Shown here: positions 50,583 through 57,800 of the stretch, one piece after another
Layout: each line of letters begins with the position of its first letter
Numbering within the stretch: the first letter of the stretch is position 1
Assembly: GCA_035490535.1 (NCBI GenBank)
Contig: DATHCP010000003.1
Coordinates: 4,467 to 68,466 of the forward strand
Direction of reading: 5' to 3'
Source of the DNA: Actinomycetota bacterium
GTDB taxonomy: Bacteria; Actinomycetota; UBA4738; HRBIN12
Length of the DNA: 64,000 bases
Notes under the pieces: model-generated
What the model was told of the DNA's origin: nothing
What the model saw: the letters and a program-made list of their open reading frames with translations, nothing else
The model's database searches: none
Position numbers and translations under genes: made by a program

Positions 50583-50873
50583 ATGTCGAAGGCAGATGAC
50601 GACGAGGTCTCACTCGTCGACTTCGTGAACGACCTTGCCGACGATCCGGAGCTGGAAGCGCTCTTCGATCTCGAGCCCATCGCGGTGATGATGGAGCGCG
50701 GCCTGAGCGTCGATCAGCAGGCGCTGCTGATGGGCGGCACCGCCGGCGAGATCCGCGACGAGCTGAACCGCGAGCTCGAGAGCAGCGACGCGACCGGCGC
50801 GGTCGCGTTCGTGATCAAGATGCTGAAGCCGGTCGTCATCAAGATGAAGCCGGCGCCGGGTGGCGACCACTGA
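50583..50873 (+). CDS. Candidate RiPP precursor peptide (acidic helical leader plus hydrophobic core with duplicated VIKM(L)KP motif); putative split-borosin substrate
   Basis: 96 aa with a strong RBS. The leader is MSKADDDEVSLVDFVNDLADDPELEALFDLEPIAVMMERGLSVDQQALLMGGTAGEIRDELNRELESSDATG, and the core is AVAFVIKMLKPVVIKMKPAPGGDH. Its stop overlaps the start of the downstream TP-methylase-fold gene. Confidence 0.55.
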   Translation: MSKADDDEVSLVDFVNDLADDPELEALFDLEPIAVMMERGLSVDQQALLMGGTAGEIRDELNRELESSDATGAVAFVIKMLKPVVIKMKPAPGGDH

Positions 50874-51618
50874 GCGGCCCGTCACCGGCTCCCTGACGAT
50901 CGTCGGCTCCGGGATCCGGCCGGGGCTGCACACCACGAGCGAGGCGCGGGCCAGGATCGTGCGCGCCGACAAGGTCCTCTACCTGCTCGCCGAGCCCGCT
51001 CCCACCACGTGGATCGAGAAGCTCAACCCCTCGGCCGAGTCGCTGACGCATCTGTACGAGTCCGACCGCACGCACGACGAGGTCTACGAGGCGCTCGTGG
51101 AGGCGATGCTCGTTCCGGTCCGTGCGGGACTCGACGTCTGCATGGTGACGTACGGCAACCCCGCGGTGTTCGACGAGTCCTCGCACGAGGCGGTCCGGCG
51201 GGCGCGCGCCGAGGGCTATCCGGCGAAGATCCTTCCGGGGGTCTCGGCGCTCGACTGCCTGTTCGTCGACCTCGGCGTCGACCCCGGCCGCCACGGGCTG
51301 CAGACCTACGAGGGGTCCGACTTCGCGCTCGGGGACTTCACGCCGAACGTGCGCGTGCCGCTGGTCCTGTGGCAGATCAGCGTGATCGGGAACACCCGCA
51401 CCGGCGGCTCCGTGAACGTCGACGGGCTGCGCGTCCTCGCCGATCGGCTGGCCGAGCACTACGGCGCCGACCACGAGGTGACGATCTACGAGGCCACCCC
51501 GTTCCCGGTCGGCCGCCCGCTGATCGAACGCTGTGCCGTGCGCGCGCTGCCCGAGGCGGGCGTGACCGGGCTCTCCACCCTCTACGTGCCGCCGCTCGTG
51601 GTTCGGGCGGCCGGCTGA
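50860..51618 (+). CDS. Tetrapyrrole-methylase-fold SAM-dependent methyltransferase, OphMA/SonM-like (putative peptide backbone alpha-N-methyltransferase)
   Basis: 252 aa with a GTG start 14 nt inside the precursor ORF. The motifs SLTIVGSGI, GLDVCMVTYGNPAVF, ILPGVSALDCLFVDLGVDP, GLQTYEGSDF, LVLWQISVIGN, EHYGADHEVTIYEA and GLSTLYVPPL align, by my recollection, with the borosin N-methyltransferase catalytic domain (OphMA: GLDVVGVFYGHPGVF, LPGVSAEDCLFADLCIDP, CLTYEASDF, LVLFQVGCVGI, EYGAEHPVVHY, VSTFYIPP). Membership of the TP_methylase fold is secure. The borosin sub-assignment is inference. Confidence 0.65.
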   Translation: MATTERPVTGSLTIVGSGIRPGLHTTSEARARIVRADKVLYLLAEPAPTTWIEKLNPSAESLTHLYESDRTHDEVYEALVEAMLVPVRAGLDVCMVTYGNPAVFDESSHEAVRRARAEGYPAKILPGVSALDCLFVDLGVDPGRHGLQTYEGSDFALGDFTPNVRVPLVLWQISVIGNTRTGGSVNVDGLRVLADRLAEHYGADHEVTIYEATPFPVGRPLIERCAVRALPEAGVTGLSTLYVPPLVVRAAG

Positions 51619-51742
51619 GCGAGGCGGCGGCTGCGGCGCACCACCGGGCTTCGCGCGGCTGGGCGGCAGCGGCCTCTCGGGAGATGCCTGGCGCTCCTAT
51701 ACTCGCGGCCTGAGCCAGCCGGCGTCCCGAGGAGGACTCGTC

Positions 51743-52012
51743 ATGCCCCAGATCATCGTCACCGCGGCGGTCAACGACGTCGAGGAGTGGTTGAAGTTCA
51801 AGGCCGAGATGGTTCCCGCGATGTCGTCGGTCGCGTCGGACGGGGCCAGTTACGTCGCGGCGGATGGCAGCAACCAGGTCGCCAGCACGTGGGACGTTCC
51901 CGACATGGAAGCCTTCCAGGCAGCCCAGGGCTCCTTCTCTGCGGAGCTGGCCGAGATGGCGGAGCGAGCAGGCATGATCCGCTCGACCATGGTGGTGTAC
52001 GTCAAGAAGTAG
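51743..52012 (+). CDS. Small hypothetical protein (89 aa), possibly independently transcribed
   Basis: It has an excellent RBS (GAGGAGGACTCGTC ATG), a TATACT -10-like hexamer at 51698-51703 and a soluble acidic protein sequence (MPQIIVTAAVNDVEEWLKFKAE...). No domain recognised. Confidence 0.5.
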   Translation: MPQIIVTAAVNDVEEWLKFKAEMVPAMSSVASDGASYVAADGSNQVASTWDVPDMEAFQAAQGSFSAELAEMAERAGMIRSTMVVYVKK

Positions 52013-52069
52013 CCCTCCGTCTCTGCTCGGGACCGCGCGACGATCGGTGCGTGAGACGAGCTGCACCGC

Positions 52070-52425
52070 GGGGAGTAGCTCTGGGTCGAGGAGCGGATCA
52101 CCGAGCTGCTGGACTCCGACGACCGCCGCTCGCTCTTCGCGCAGGCGTGTGCGTCCGGAACCAGTCGAAGTTCTACGACCGTTTCGACGCGGTGGTCCTG
52201 CTCAGCGCGCCTGTGGACGTGATCCTCGACCGGGTCGCGCGCAGAACGACGAACGACTACGGCGGGTCGCCGGTGGAGCGAGCGATGATCGTCGATGACC
52301 TCGCCACGTTCGAACCGCTGCTCCGGCAGGGGTGCACGCACGAGCTGGACGCGAGCCGGCCGTTGGATGAGCTCGTCGCCGACCTGATCGAGATCGCATC
52401 CGATGACGACGGCACCCGCGTGTAG
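52070..52425 (+). pseudogene. Frameshifted remnant of an NMP-kinase/AAA-type P-loop kinase (lacks the P-loop N-terminus)
   Basis: Two adjacent frames read LWVEERITELLDSDDRRSLFAQA and then CVRNQSKFYDRFDAVVLLSAPVDVILDRVARRTTNDYGGSPVERAMIVDDL...ELVADLIEIA. This is kinase-like C-terminal sequence with no Walker A, and the preceding part of track ORF 51787..52425 is shadow over the 89-aa gene. Confidence 0.4.
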
Positions 52426-52455
52426 GCTCGCTCGACCCCAGGACGGGAGGACGTC

Positions 52456-53130
52456 GTGAAGCTGCTCCTCACCTCCGCCGGCATCAAGAACCCGAGCATC
52501 CAGGACGCGCTGGTCGGCCTCCTGAGCAAACCGATCGCCGAGTCCGACGCCCTTTGCATCCCCACCGCGGGATACGGGCATCCGATGGGAACCCCGGCCG
52601 GCGCATGGCGGTTCATCACCGGCAACGCCGGCACCCCCATGTGTGAGCTGGGGTGGAGGTCGGTCGGGGTGCTGGAGCTGACGGCCCTGCCCAGCATCGG
52701 GGAGGAGCGTTGGATCCCTTGGGTCCGCGATGCCGACGTCCTGCTGGCGAACGGCGGCGACGCCCTCTACCTCGCTCACTGGATGCGGGAGTCCGGGCTG
52801 GCCGATCTCCTGCCGTCCCTCGACGGGACGGTATGGGCGGGATTGAACGCCGGGAGCATGGTGATGACGCCCCGTATCGGAGTGGACTTCATGGGGTGGG
52901 AGCCGCCCGGCGGCCTCGACGAGGCGCTCGGGTTCGTCGACTTCTCGATCTTCCCCCATGTGGACCATCCGGATCTTCCCGAGAACACGATGGCTGCAGC
53001 CGAGCGATGGGCGGCGGGCATCCCCGGGCCCGCATACGCGATCGACGACGACACCGCGATCGCGGTGACCGAGGGCTCCGTCGAGGTCGTCTCCGAGGGC
53101 CAGTGGAAGCGGTTCACTCCGACCGGATAG
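52456..53130 (+). CDS. Peptidase E / S51 family (type 1 glutamine amidotransferase-like) dipeptidase
   Basis: GTG start with a GGGAGGACG RBS. MKLLLTSAG, VLLANGGDALYL, AGLNAGSMVMTP (the nucleophile Ser region) and FSIFPHVDH (His) parallel E. coli PepE (LLLLSNS, IIIVGGGNTFQL, GWSAGANLACP, INPHF). Confidence 0.75.
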   Translation: MKLLLTSAGIKNPSIQDALVGLLSKPIAESDALCIPTAGYGHPMGTPAGAWRFITGNAGTPMCELGWRSVGVLELTALPSIGEERWIPWVRDADVLLANGGDALYLAHWMRESGLADLLPSLDGTVWAGLNAGSMVMTPRIGVDFMGWEPPGGLDEALGFVDFSIFPHVDHPDLPENTMAAAERWAAGIPGPAYAIDDDTAIAVTEGSVEVVSEGQWKRFTPTG

Positions 53131-53139
53131 CGTGAGCCG

Positions 53140-53790
53140 GTGGAACGGTCGGAGCGGTCCTTCTGGGCCACGTGGCACGACGACTACGACGACCCGGGCT
53201 CGGACCTCTCCCAACGTCTGATCGCCGTCCAGCGCCGACTCTCCGACGCGATCGACGCGCGGGCTGGCGAGGTCCGCGTCATCAGCGCCTGCGCGGGGCA
53301 GGCACACGACGTCCTCGGCGTGCTCGAGGGCCACCCGCGTGCGTCGGAGGTGCACGCCTGGCTCGTCGAGTCCGACGATCACAACGCCGGGGTCGCGCGT
53401 CGTCGAGCCGAAGCCGCGGGCCTGACGCAGGTTCGCGTGCTCCACGCGGACGCCGGGATCACCGGCACCTACCGGGACGCGGTGCCCGCCGACGTCCTGC
53501 TGCTCTGCGGGATCTTCGGCAACGTCACCGACGAGGACCTCCGTCGGCTCGTGACGAACGCCTCGAGGCTGTGTGCACCGCACGCGACGGTGTTGTGGAC
53601 GCGGCATCGGCGTGAGCCCGATCGGTCGGAGGACGTCCGAGCGTGGTTCGACGAGGCGGGCTACGAGGAGATCGCGTTCGATTCGCCCGGACCGGACCGG
53701 TTCGCCCTGGGGACGGTCCGCCTGACGGCGCCGCCCTTGCCGTACACACCCGATCTCCGGCTCTTCGCGTTCAGGGTGTGGGAGGGGTGA
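53140..53790 (+). CDS. Putative class I SAM-dependent methyltransferase
   Basis: 216 aa, 10 nt after the S51 gene. VISACAGQAHDVLGVLE, VLHADAGI and DVLLLCGIFGNVTDEDL resemble a Rossmann-like MTase core. The assignment is moderate. Confidence 0.5.
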   Translation: MERSERSFWATWHDDYDDPGSDLSQRLIAVQRRLSDAIDARAGEVRVISACAGQAHDVLGVLEGHPRASEVHAWLVESDDHNAGVARRRAEAAGLTQVRVLHADAGITGTYRDAVPADVLLLCGIFGNVTDEDLRRLVTNASRLCAPHATVLWTRHRREPDRSEDVRAWFDEAGYEEIAFDSPGPDRFALGTVRLTAPPLPYTPDLRLFAFRVWEG

Positions 53791-53824
53791 ACCCCAAGAC
53801 CCCGGGGCACGCTAACGTTCGGCG

Positions 53825-54238
53825 GTGCGCAACGTCCGGCAACGCCTCTTGATCGGGCGGATCCTGGCGGTAGTGGGCTTCGTGATCGTCACGCTCGGAA
53901 GCGCGATCCCGCTGGTCGCATACGACGCCGGGGGCTTCCCGAGCCAAGGGGTGCAGGTGGAACGGGTCGCGACGGTTCCTCCTATCGGGATCCTTGTCGT
54001 GATCTTCATCGCGGGCGTGCTCCTCGCGGTGGCCAAGGGCAAGCGCTCCGTGTGGCCCATCGTCATCGGGATCGGCATGTGGCCGGTCATCGATTTGGAA
54101 GCCAGGAAACCCAGCCTCGTCCCGACGCCGGGGGCTGGAAGGCTCATCGTGCCCATCGGCATCCTCGTCGCTGCTGTGGGACTCCTGTTGCTTCCGTCCC
54201 CAGACCGCGGAGTCACTGCCTCGAACCTCGGCTCGTGA
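53825..54238 (+). CDS. Hypothetical membrane protein
   Basis: 137 aa with a GTG start and four predicted TM segments (ILAVVGFVIVTLGSAIPLVAY, IGILVVIFIAGVLLAV, WPIVIGIGMWPVI, LIVPIGILVAAVGLLLL). Confidence 0.4.
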   Translation: MRNVRQRLLIGRILAVVGFVIVTLGSAIPLVAYDAGGFPSQGVQVERVATVPPIGILVVIFIAGVLLAVAKGKRSVWPIVIGIGMWPVIDLEARKPSLVPTPGAGRLIVPIGILVAAVGLLLLPSPDRGVTASNLGS

Positions 54239-54306
54239 TCGCGCGGGTCGGGCGCCACTCAAAGACCTCCCTCCTCGCATCGTCGGGGGCGTGAGACGAT
54301 CGGGTT

Positions 54307-54747
54307 GTGATCCGGAAACGCTGGGACTCCGACGATCGCGGGCGCGGCGTGGCTTCGGGAGATGCCTTCGCCGAACCCGTAGCGGAGTTCGGCGAGCTGA
54401 TGGCCCAACCCGGTTGGATCGCGGAGGAGCCCGAAGCACATCTCCTGCCACACCTCGTGGCCGCATGTGCCGAACCCGACTCGACCCTCGAACTGACCTC
54501 CACGGAGACCGTGGACGACATCTTCGTCGTGGAGCTCACCGCCAAGGAGTCAGCGCGCTCGACGGGTGAACTCCGGCGCGCCGCCGTCGGCCTCCTCGCG
54601 GCGTTCGCCGAGGAGGCCACCTTCATCCGGCAGCGCCAGGACGGCGATGTCCTCGAGTTCGACGTGGCCACCGGAACAGCTCCTGCAGAGGCCAGGTTCG
54701 CGCCGCACGGGCATCTCGTGCGTCTCCGGATCCGTCCTCGGGTCTGA
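54307..54747 (+). CDS. Hypothetical protein
   Basis: 146 aa with a GTG start and acidic, soluble-looking composition. No motif recognised. It could be a shadow ORF. Confidence 0.35.
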   Translation: MIRKRWDSDDRGRGVASGDAFAEPVAEFGELMAQPGWIAEEPEAHLLPHLVAACAEPDSTLELTSTETVDDIFVVELTAKESARSTGELRRAAVGLLAAFAEEATFIRQRQDGDVLEFDVATGTAPAEARFAPHGHLVRLRIRPRV

Positions 54748-54767
54748 ACGCGCTCCGAGCGGCACGC

Positions 54768-55109
54768 TCAAGGAACGATGCAGAAGATGTTGACCGTGAC
54801 GTGCTCGCCCGACCGAACCGTCACGGTTCGAGGCCGCCCGCACGGATCCTTCCCCCCGTTGATGTGCGGGCTGCTGGCGGTGAGCGTGTAGGTGCCCGGC
54901 GAGACGGCGACGGAGAAGCTGCCGTCGGAGCCCGCAGGAACGGACCCTCTGCCCGAGATGTGGATCGTGCCCGGGAGCGGGGTCGGGAGTCCGGGCGCCG
55001 GTCCGCCCTCCCGGTAGTAGTGGCCGGAGATCGTGGTCGTCGACCGGTGACACGCGGGAGCGAACAGAGCCAGCGTCAGAACGAAGCACGCGCAGAGTAC
55101 GGTCCGCAT
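54768..55109 (-). CDS. Secreted/lipoprotein-like beta-sandwich (carboxypeptidase-regulatory-like) hypothetical protein
   Basis: Start at the ATG at 55109 (MRTVLCACFVLTLALFAPACHRS), a signal with a possible lipobox. The beta-rich region is SGRGSVPAGSDGSFSVAVSPGTYTLTAS. Confidence 0.45.
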   Translation of the reverse strand: MRTVLCACFVLTLALFAPACHRSTTTISGHYYREGGPAPGLPTPLPGTIHISGRGSVPAGSDGSFSVAVSPGTYTLTASSPHINGGKDPCGRPRTVTVRSGEHVTVNIFCIVP

Positions 55110-55141
55110 GTCCCGAAGGTCATGCCTCCAACCCGGGAACG

Positions 55142-55624
55142 GTGACAGGTCCCACGCCGCGAGGCAACGAACGGCCTGCTGTCCGGCGGCGGTTGCTCGC
55201 GGACCGCACATCGGCCTACGGTATCCCTGTGGCCATCGAGCCAAAGACCGAGATCGGGGAACGGGTCACATCACGCGCGTTCGTGATCGGGCTCATCGTC
55301 ATCACACTCGTTGCTGGTCTCGTCGGCTACGCGATCGGGTCCGGACACGCGAAGACGCAGGAGCGCCACGGTACGGCCTACGTCGGCAACCGGATGGCGA
55401 GCATCAGGTCGGGGAACCGCTACTACGGCGTCGAGGCGAGCGTCCCCTGGTTCGACCGATCGGGGACCTTCCACGACGACGGATGGCCGAGCTGCCTCGG
55501 CGAGGCGGGCGGCGAGGTCCCCGTCACCTTCGGCCTGGCCCCCGTGTCGCCGCCGAACGCGGGCCTGACCTTCGGGGCCGTCACGTTCATCGATTGTCGA
55601 CCGGGCCAGCAGCGAGGCATGTGA
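55142..55624 (+). CDS. Hypothetical membrane protein
   Basis: It has one TM helix (AFVIGLIVITLVAGLVGYAIG) and then a soluble domain. The start is uncertain, with an internal GTG near 55229 possible. GC is locally reduced. Confidence 0.35.
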   Translation: MTGPTPRGNERPAVRRRLLADRTSAYGIPVAIEPKTEIGERVTSRAFVIGLIVITLVAGLVGYAIGSGHAKTQERHGTAYVGNRMASIRSGNRYYGVEASVPWFDRSGTFHDDGWPSCLGEAGGEVPVTFGLAPVSPPNAGLTFGAVTFIDCRPGQQRGM

Positions 55625-55631
55625 GCCGGCC

Positions 55632-55664
55632 GCACGGGGTGAGGTCGTCGACCCCACCCCGTGC
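55632..55664. terminator. Candidate bidirectional hairpin between convergent genes
   Basis: GCACGGGGTG-aggtcgtcgacc-CACCCCGTGC has a 10-bp perfect stem and an internal palindromic loop (GTCGAC). It lies between the stops at 55624 (+) and 55680 (-). U-tracts are weak, as is usual in high-GC genomes. Confidence 0.35.
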
Positions 55665-55679
55665 TTCCGGCCTTCACGG

Positions 55680-55832
55680 TCAGTAGCCGAAGCCGCCGCC
55701 CGCGCCTGCTCCGCCTCCACCGTGGTGCATGAACACCAGGTAGATCGCGAAGTACACGACCGCGCCGACCGCCAGGTAGATCCCGAGCCAGCGCTTCCAC
55801 CGCCGGCCGTAGCCGGATGCCTTCTGTGCCAT
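55680..55832 (-). CDS. Small membrane protein (50 aa), not in ORF track
   Basis: Translation is MAQKASGYGRRWKRWLGIYLAVGAVVYFAIYLVFMHHGGGGAGAGGGFGY. The ATG at 55832 follows CAGGGAGG about 6 nt upstream. It has a single TM helix and a Gly-rich tail. Confidence 0.45.
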   Translation of the reverse strand: MAQKASGYGRRWKRWLGIYLAVGAVVYFAIYLVFMHHGGGGAGAGGGFGY

Positions 55833-55943
55833 CGTTCGCCTCCCTGTTCGCGGAACTTCGCTCGTGGGGTACTACCGGCGGACGAGGCGAACGGATCACT
55901 CGCGCGCCTGTGGATCGGCTGAGAGTTCAGGAACCGGACGGGC

Positions 55944-56369
55944 CTAGTCCTCGTCGGGACGGCGCAGCTGCTTCGTCCGCGAGCGCCGCTTCTTGTCGGC
56001 CAGCCGGCGTTCGTTCGCGGCCCGGCTCGGCCTCGTTGCCTTCCGCGACGGGGGTGGCGGCGCGATCGCGCGGGCCAGCGTCTCCGCGAGCCGGTCGCGG
56101 GCCGCCTCGCGGTTCTGCAGCTGCGAGCGGCGTGAGGAGGCGACGATCGTCAGCACGCCGTCGTGGAGGCGCCGGCTCAGACGTTCCAGCGCGCGGGCGC
56201 GCTGCACGGGTCCGAGCGAGGGCGACCGCGCGACGTCGAAGCTCAGCTCCACGCGCGAGTCGGCCGTGTTCACACCCTGGCCGCCCGGGCCGGACGCGTG
56301 GCTGAACCGCCACCGGAGCTCACGCTCCGGGATCAGGACCGAACGCGACACCCGCAGCGGACCTGCCAC
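55944..56369 (-). CDS. arfB: Alternative ribosome-rescue factor / peptidyl-tRNA hydrolase ArfB
   Basis: GTG start chosen at 56369 (VAGPLRVSRSVLIPERELRWRFSHASGPGGQGVNT). It has a GGQ motif, and a basic C-terminal tail (RRLADKKRRSRTKQLRR) typical of ArfB. The longer track ORF would overlap the divergent gene at 56452. Confidence 0.8.
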   Translation of the reverse strand: MAGPLRVSRSVLIPERELRWRFSHASGPGGQGVNTADSRVELSFDVARSPSLGPVQRARALERLSRRLHDGVLTIVASSRRSQLQNREAARDRLAETLARAIAPPPPSRKATRPSRAANERRLADKKRRSRTKQLRRPDED

Positions 56370-56451
56370 GACCGCAGTATGCCCGTCGGTCGCGACGAAC
56401 CAGGGACGAACGACCCCAACCGTGGCGGGGGGCACCCGGAACGATGGCGCC

Positions 56452-56856
56452 ATGACCGGAACGCGCACCGTGGGGCTGATCGCGATCAAGGCCGTGCATT
56501 CGGTCCTGTTCTTCGCGATCGGTGGCTGCTTGGTGTACTTCTTGATCGCCGGGTTCGCGCGGCGTTCGGATCGACGCGCGGCGCTCGCCGGCGCCGTGGT
56601 CGCCGGGGAGGCAGCGATCTACGCCGTGAACGGGATGCGCTGCCCCCTCACGGATCTGGCCGAGGACCTCGGCGCCGAGGATGGCTCGGTCGCCGACATC
56701 TACCTGCCCGGGCCACTGCGGCGGAACCTGCCGGTCATCACCGGTCCGATGTTCGCGCTCGCCCTCGCGCTGCACGCGCGCAACCTCGTGCGGGCCGGTC
56801 CATGGCCTACGATGGACCGACCCGACCGAAGGAGCCCGCGATGCGATGGATCGTGA
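56452..56856 (+). CDS. Hypothetical membrane protein
   Basis: Start at the ATG at 56452. It has three TM helices (LIAIKAVHSVLFFAIGGCLVYFLIAGF, ALAGAVVAGEAAIYAV, ITGPMFALALALHA). Confidence 0.45.
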   Translation: MTGTRTVGLIAIKAVHSVLFFAIGGCLVYFLIAGFARRSDRRAALAGAVVAGEAAIYAVNGMRCPLTDLAEDLGAEDGSVADIYLPGPLRRNLPVITGPMFALALALHARNLVRAGPWPTMDRPDRRSPRCDGS

Positions 56857-57212
56857 CCCTGGCCGTGACGGGCCTGTTGCTCGCCGCGCCGATGGAGGCC
56901 TCGGCGAGCCACCGTCCGAACACGTACTGCAGCGTCACCGGCGACATCTGTCAGAGCACCGCGCGGGTCCACGGCGTGCGGATGCTCCGGGTCTCGCTGG
57001 CCGCGAAGTTCTTCTCCCGATACACGCTGTGCGTGACGGCGCCGGACAGGACCACGACCTGTCGGAACTTCAAGATCCACTCCACCGGCATCACCTTCGG
57101 CTCCTCGATCGTGTGGAAGAACCATTTCCCGCGGAAGGGACCGGGTGCCTACACCGTGGTGTGGAAGAGCGGCGGCGCGCGCGTCGGTCACGTCCTGGGC
57201 TTCCACCAGTAG
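56841..57212 (+). CDS. Secreted Cys-containing hypothetical protein
   Basis: Start at the ATG at 56841 with a GAAGGAGC RBS. It has a signal peptide (MRWIVTLAVTGLLLAAPMEASA) and four Cys residues. It is about 123 aa. Confidence 0.5.
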   Translation: MRWIVTLAVTGLLLAAPMEASASHRPNTYCSVTGDICQSTARVHGVRMLRVSLAAKFFSRYTLCVTAPDRTTTCRNFKIHSTGITFGSSIVWKNHFPRKGPGAYTVVWKSGGARVGHVLGFHQ

Positions 57213-57213
57213 C

Positions 57214-57585
57214 TCAGAGCTGCGCGAGCAGCTCGATCGGGAACGGCGGCTGCGCGAGCGGCCGAACCGCGAGCCGGAACAGCAGCAGCGGGTTGTCGTC
57301 GCCGGCGGAGCGGTTCAGGTGCAGCTCGTCGCATCCGGTGCAACGGTGGATCAGCACCCATTCGCCGTCGCCGCGGACCGCGATCGCGATCGGCTCCATC
57401 AGCGACCCGCAGATCGCGGCGCGGTCGCCGGGATCGTCGTCGACGTGCCGGCTCCACAAGCAGTTCGGGCAGTGGTTGCGATGCGCCGAACCGACGGCGT
57501 CGGTGGAGACGTCCAGACGGCAATGGCCGCAACGGAACGAACGGAGCCGCTCGTCGCGGGGATGGCCGCGTCGGTCGCGTGCCAT
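57214..57585 (-). CDS. RNHCP domain-containing protein (Zn-ribbon-like)
   Basis: 123 aa. It contains the literal RNHCPNC motif plus flanking Cys pairs (CGHC...CPNC...CGSL...CTGC). Confidence 0.7.
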   Translation of the reverse strand: MARDRRGHPRDERLRSFRCGHCRLDVSTDAVGSAHRNHCPNCLWSRHVDDDPGDRAAICGSLMEPIAIAVRGDGEWVLIHRCTGCDELHLNRSAGDDNPLLLFRLAVRPLAQPPFPIELLAQL

Positions 57586-57800
57586 GGGTGGACCTCCGGG
57601 TAGATGGTGGACACAGGGCGCCGTGGCCCGGAGGTTCGGATCGCCCTAGCGGGCGTGCGAACGGGTGCCGAGGCACGACGGAACGACCACCGTCACAGCG
57701 ATCATCAAGCCACCGCCTCCCGTTCTGGCCGCGCGTGTCCGCGGCGGATGCGACCGTACCAACCGAGAGCCCGGCGCGCAACGGTGTGTACGGTGAACCG

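Noticed and set aside
54291-54569. Alternative-frame ORFs around 54052..54671 overlapping the hypothetical genes at 53825 and 54307
   Set aside because: They have Arg/Pro-rich junk composition. The gene models at 53825 and 54307 are themselves low-confidence, but at least show TM helices or balanced composition.
57600-57640. GGAGGTTCGGATCGCCC resembling a tRNA T-arm (GGTTCGAATCC)
   Set aside because: No complementary 5-bp T-stem, no acceptor or anticodon arms and no D-loop could be formed from the flanking sequence. The intergenic region is only about 215 bp with no cloverleaf.
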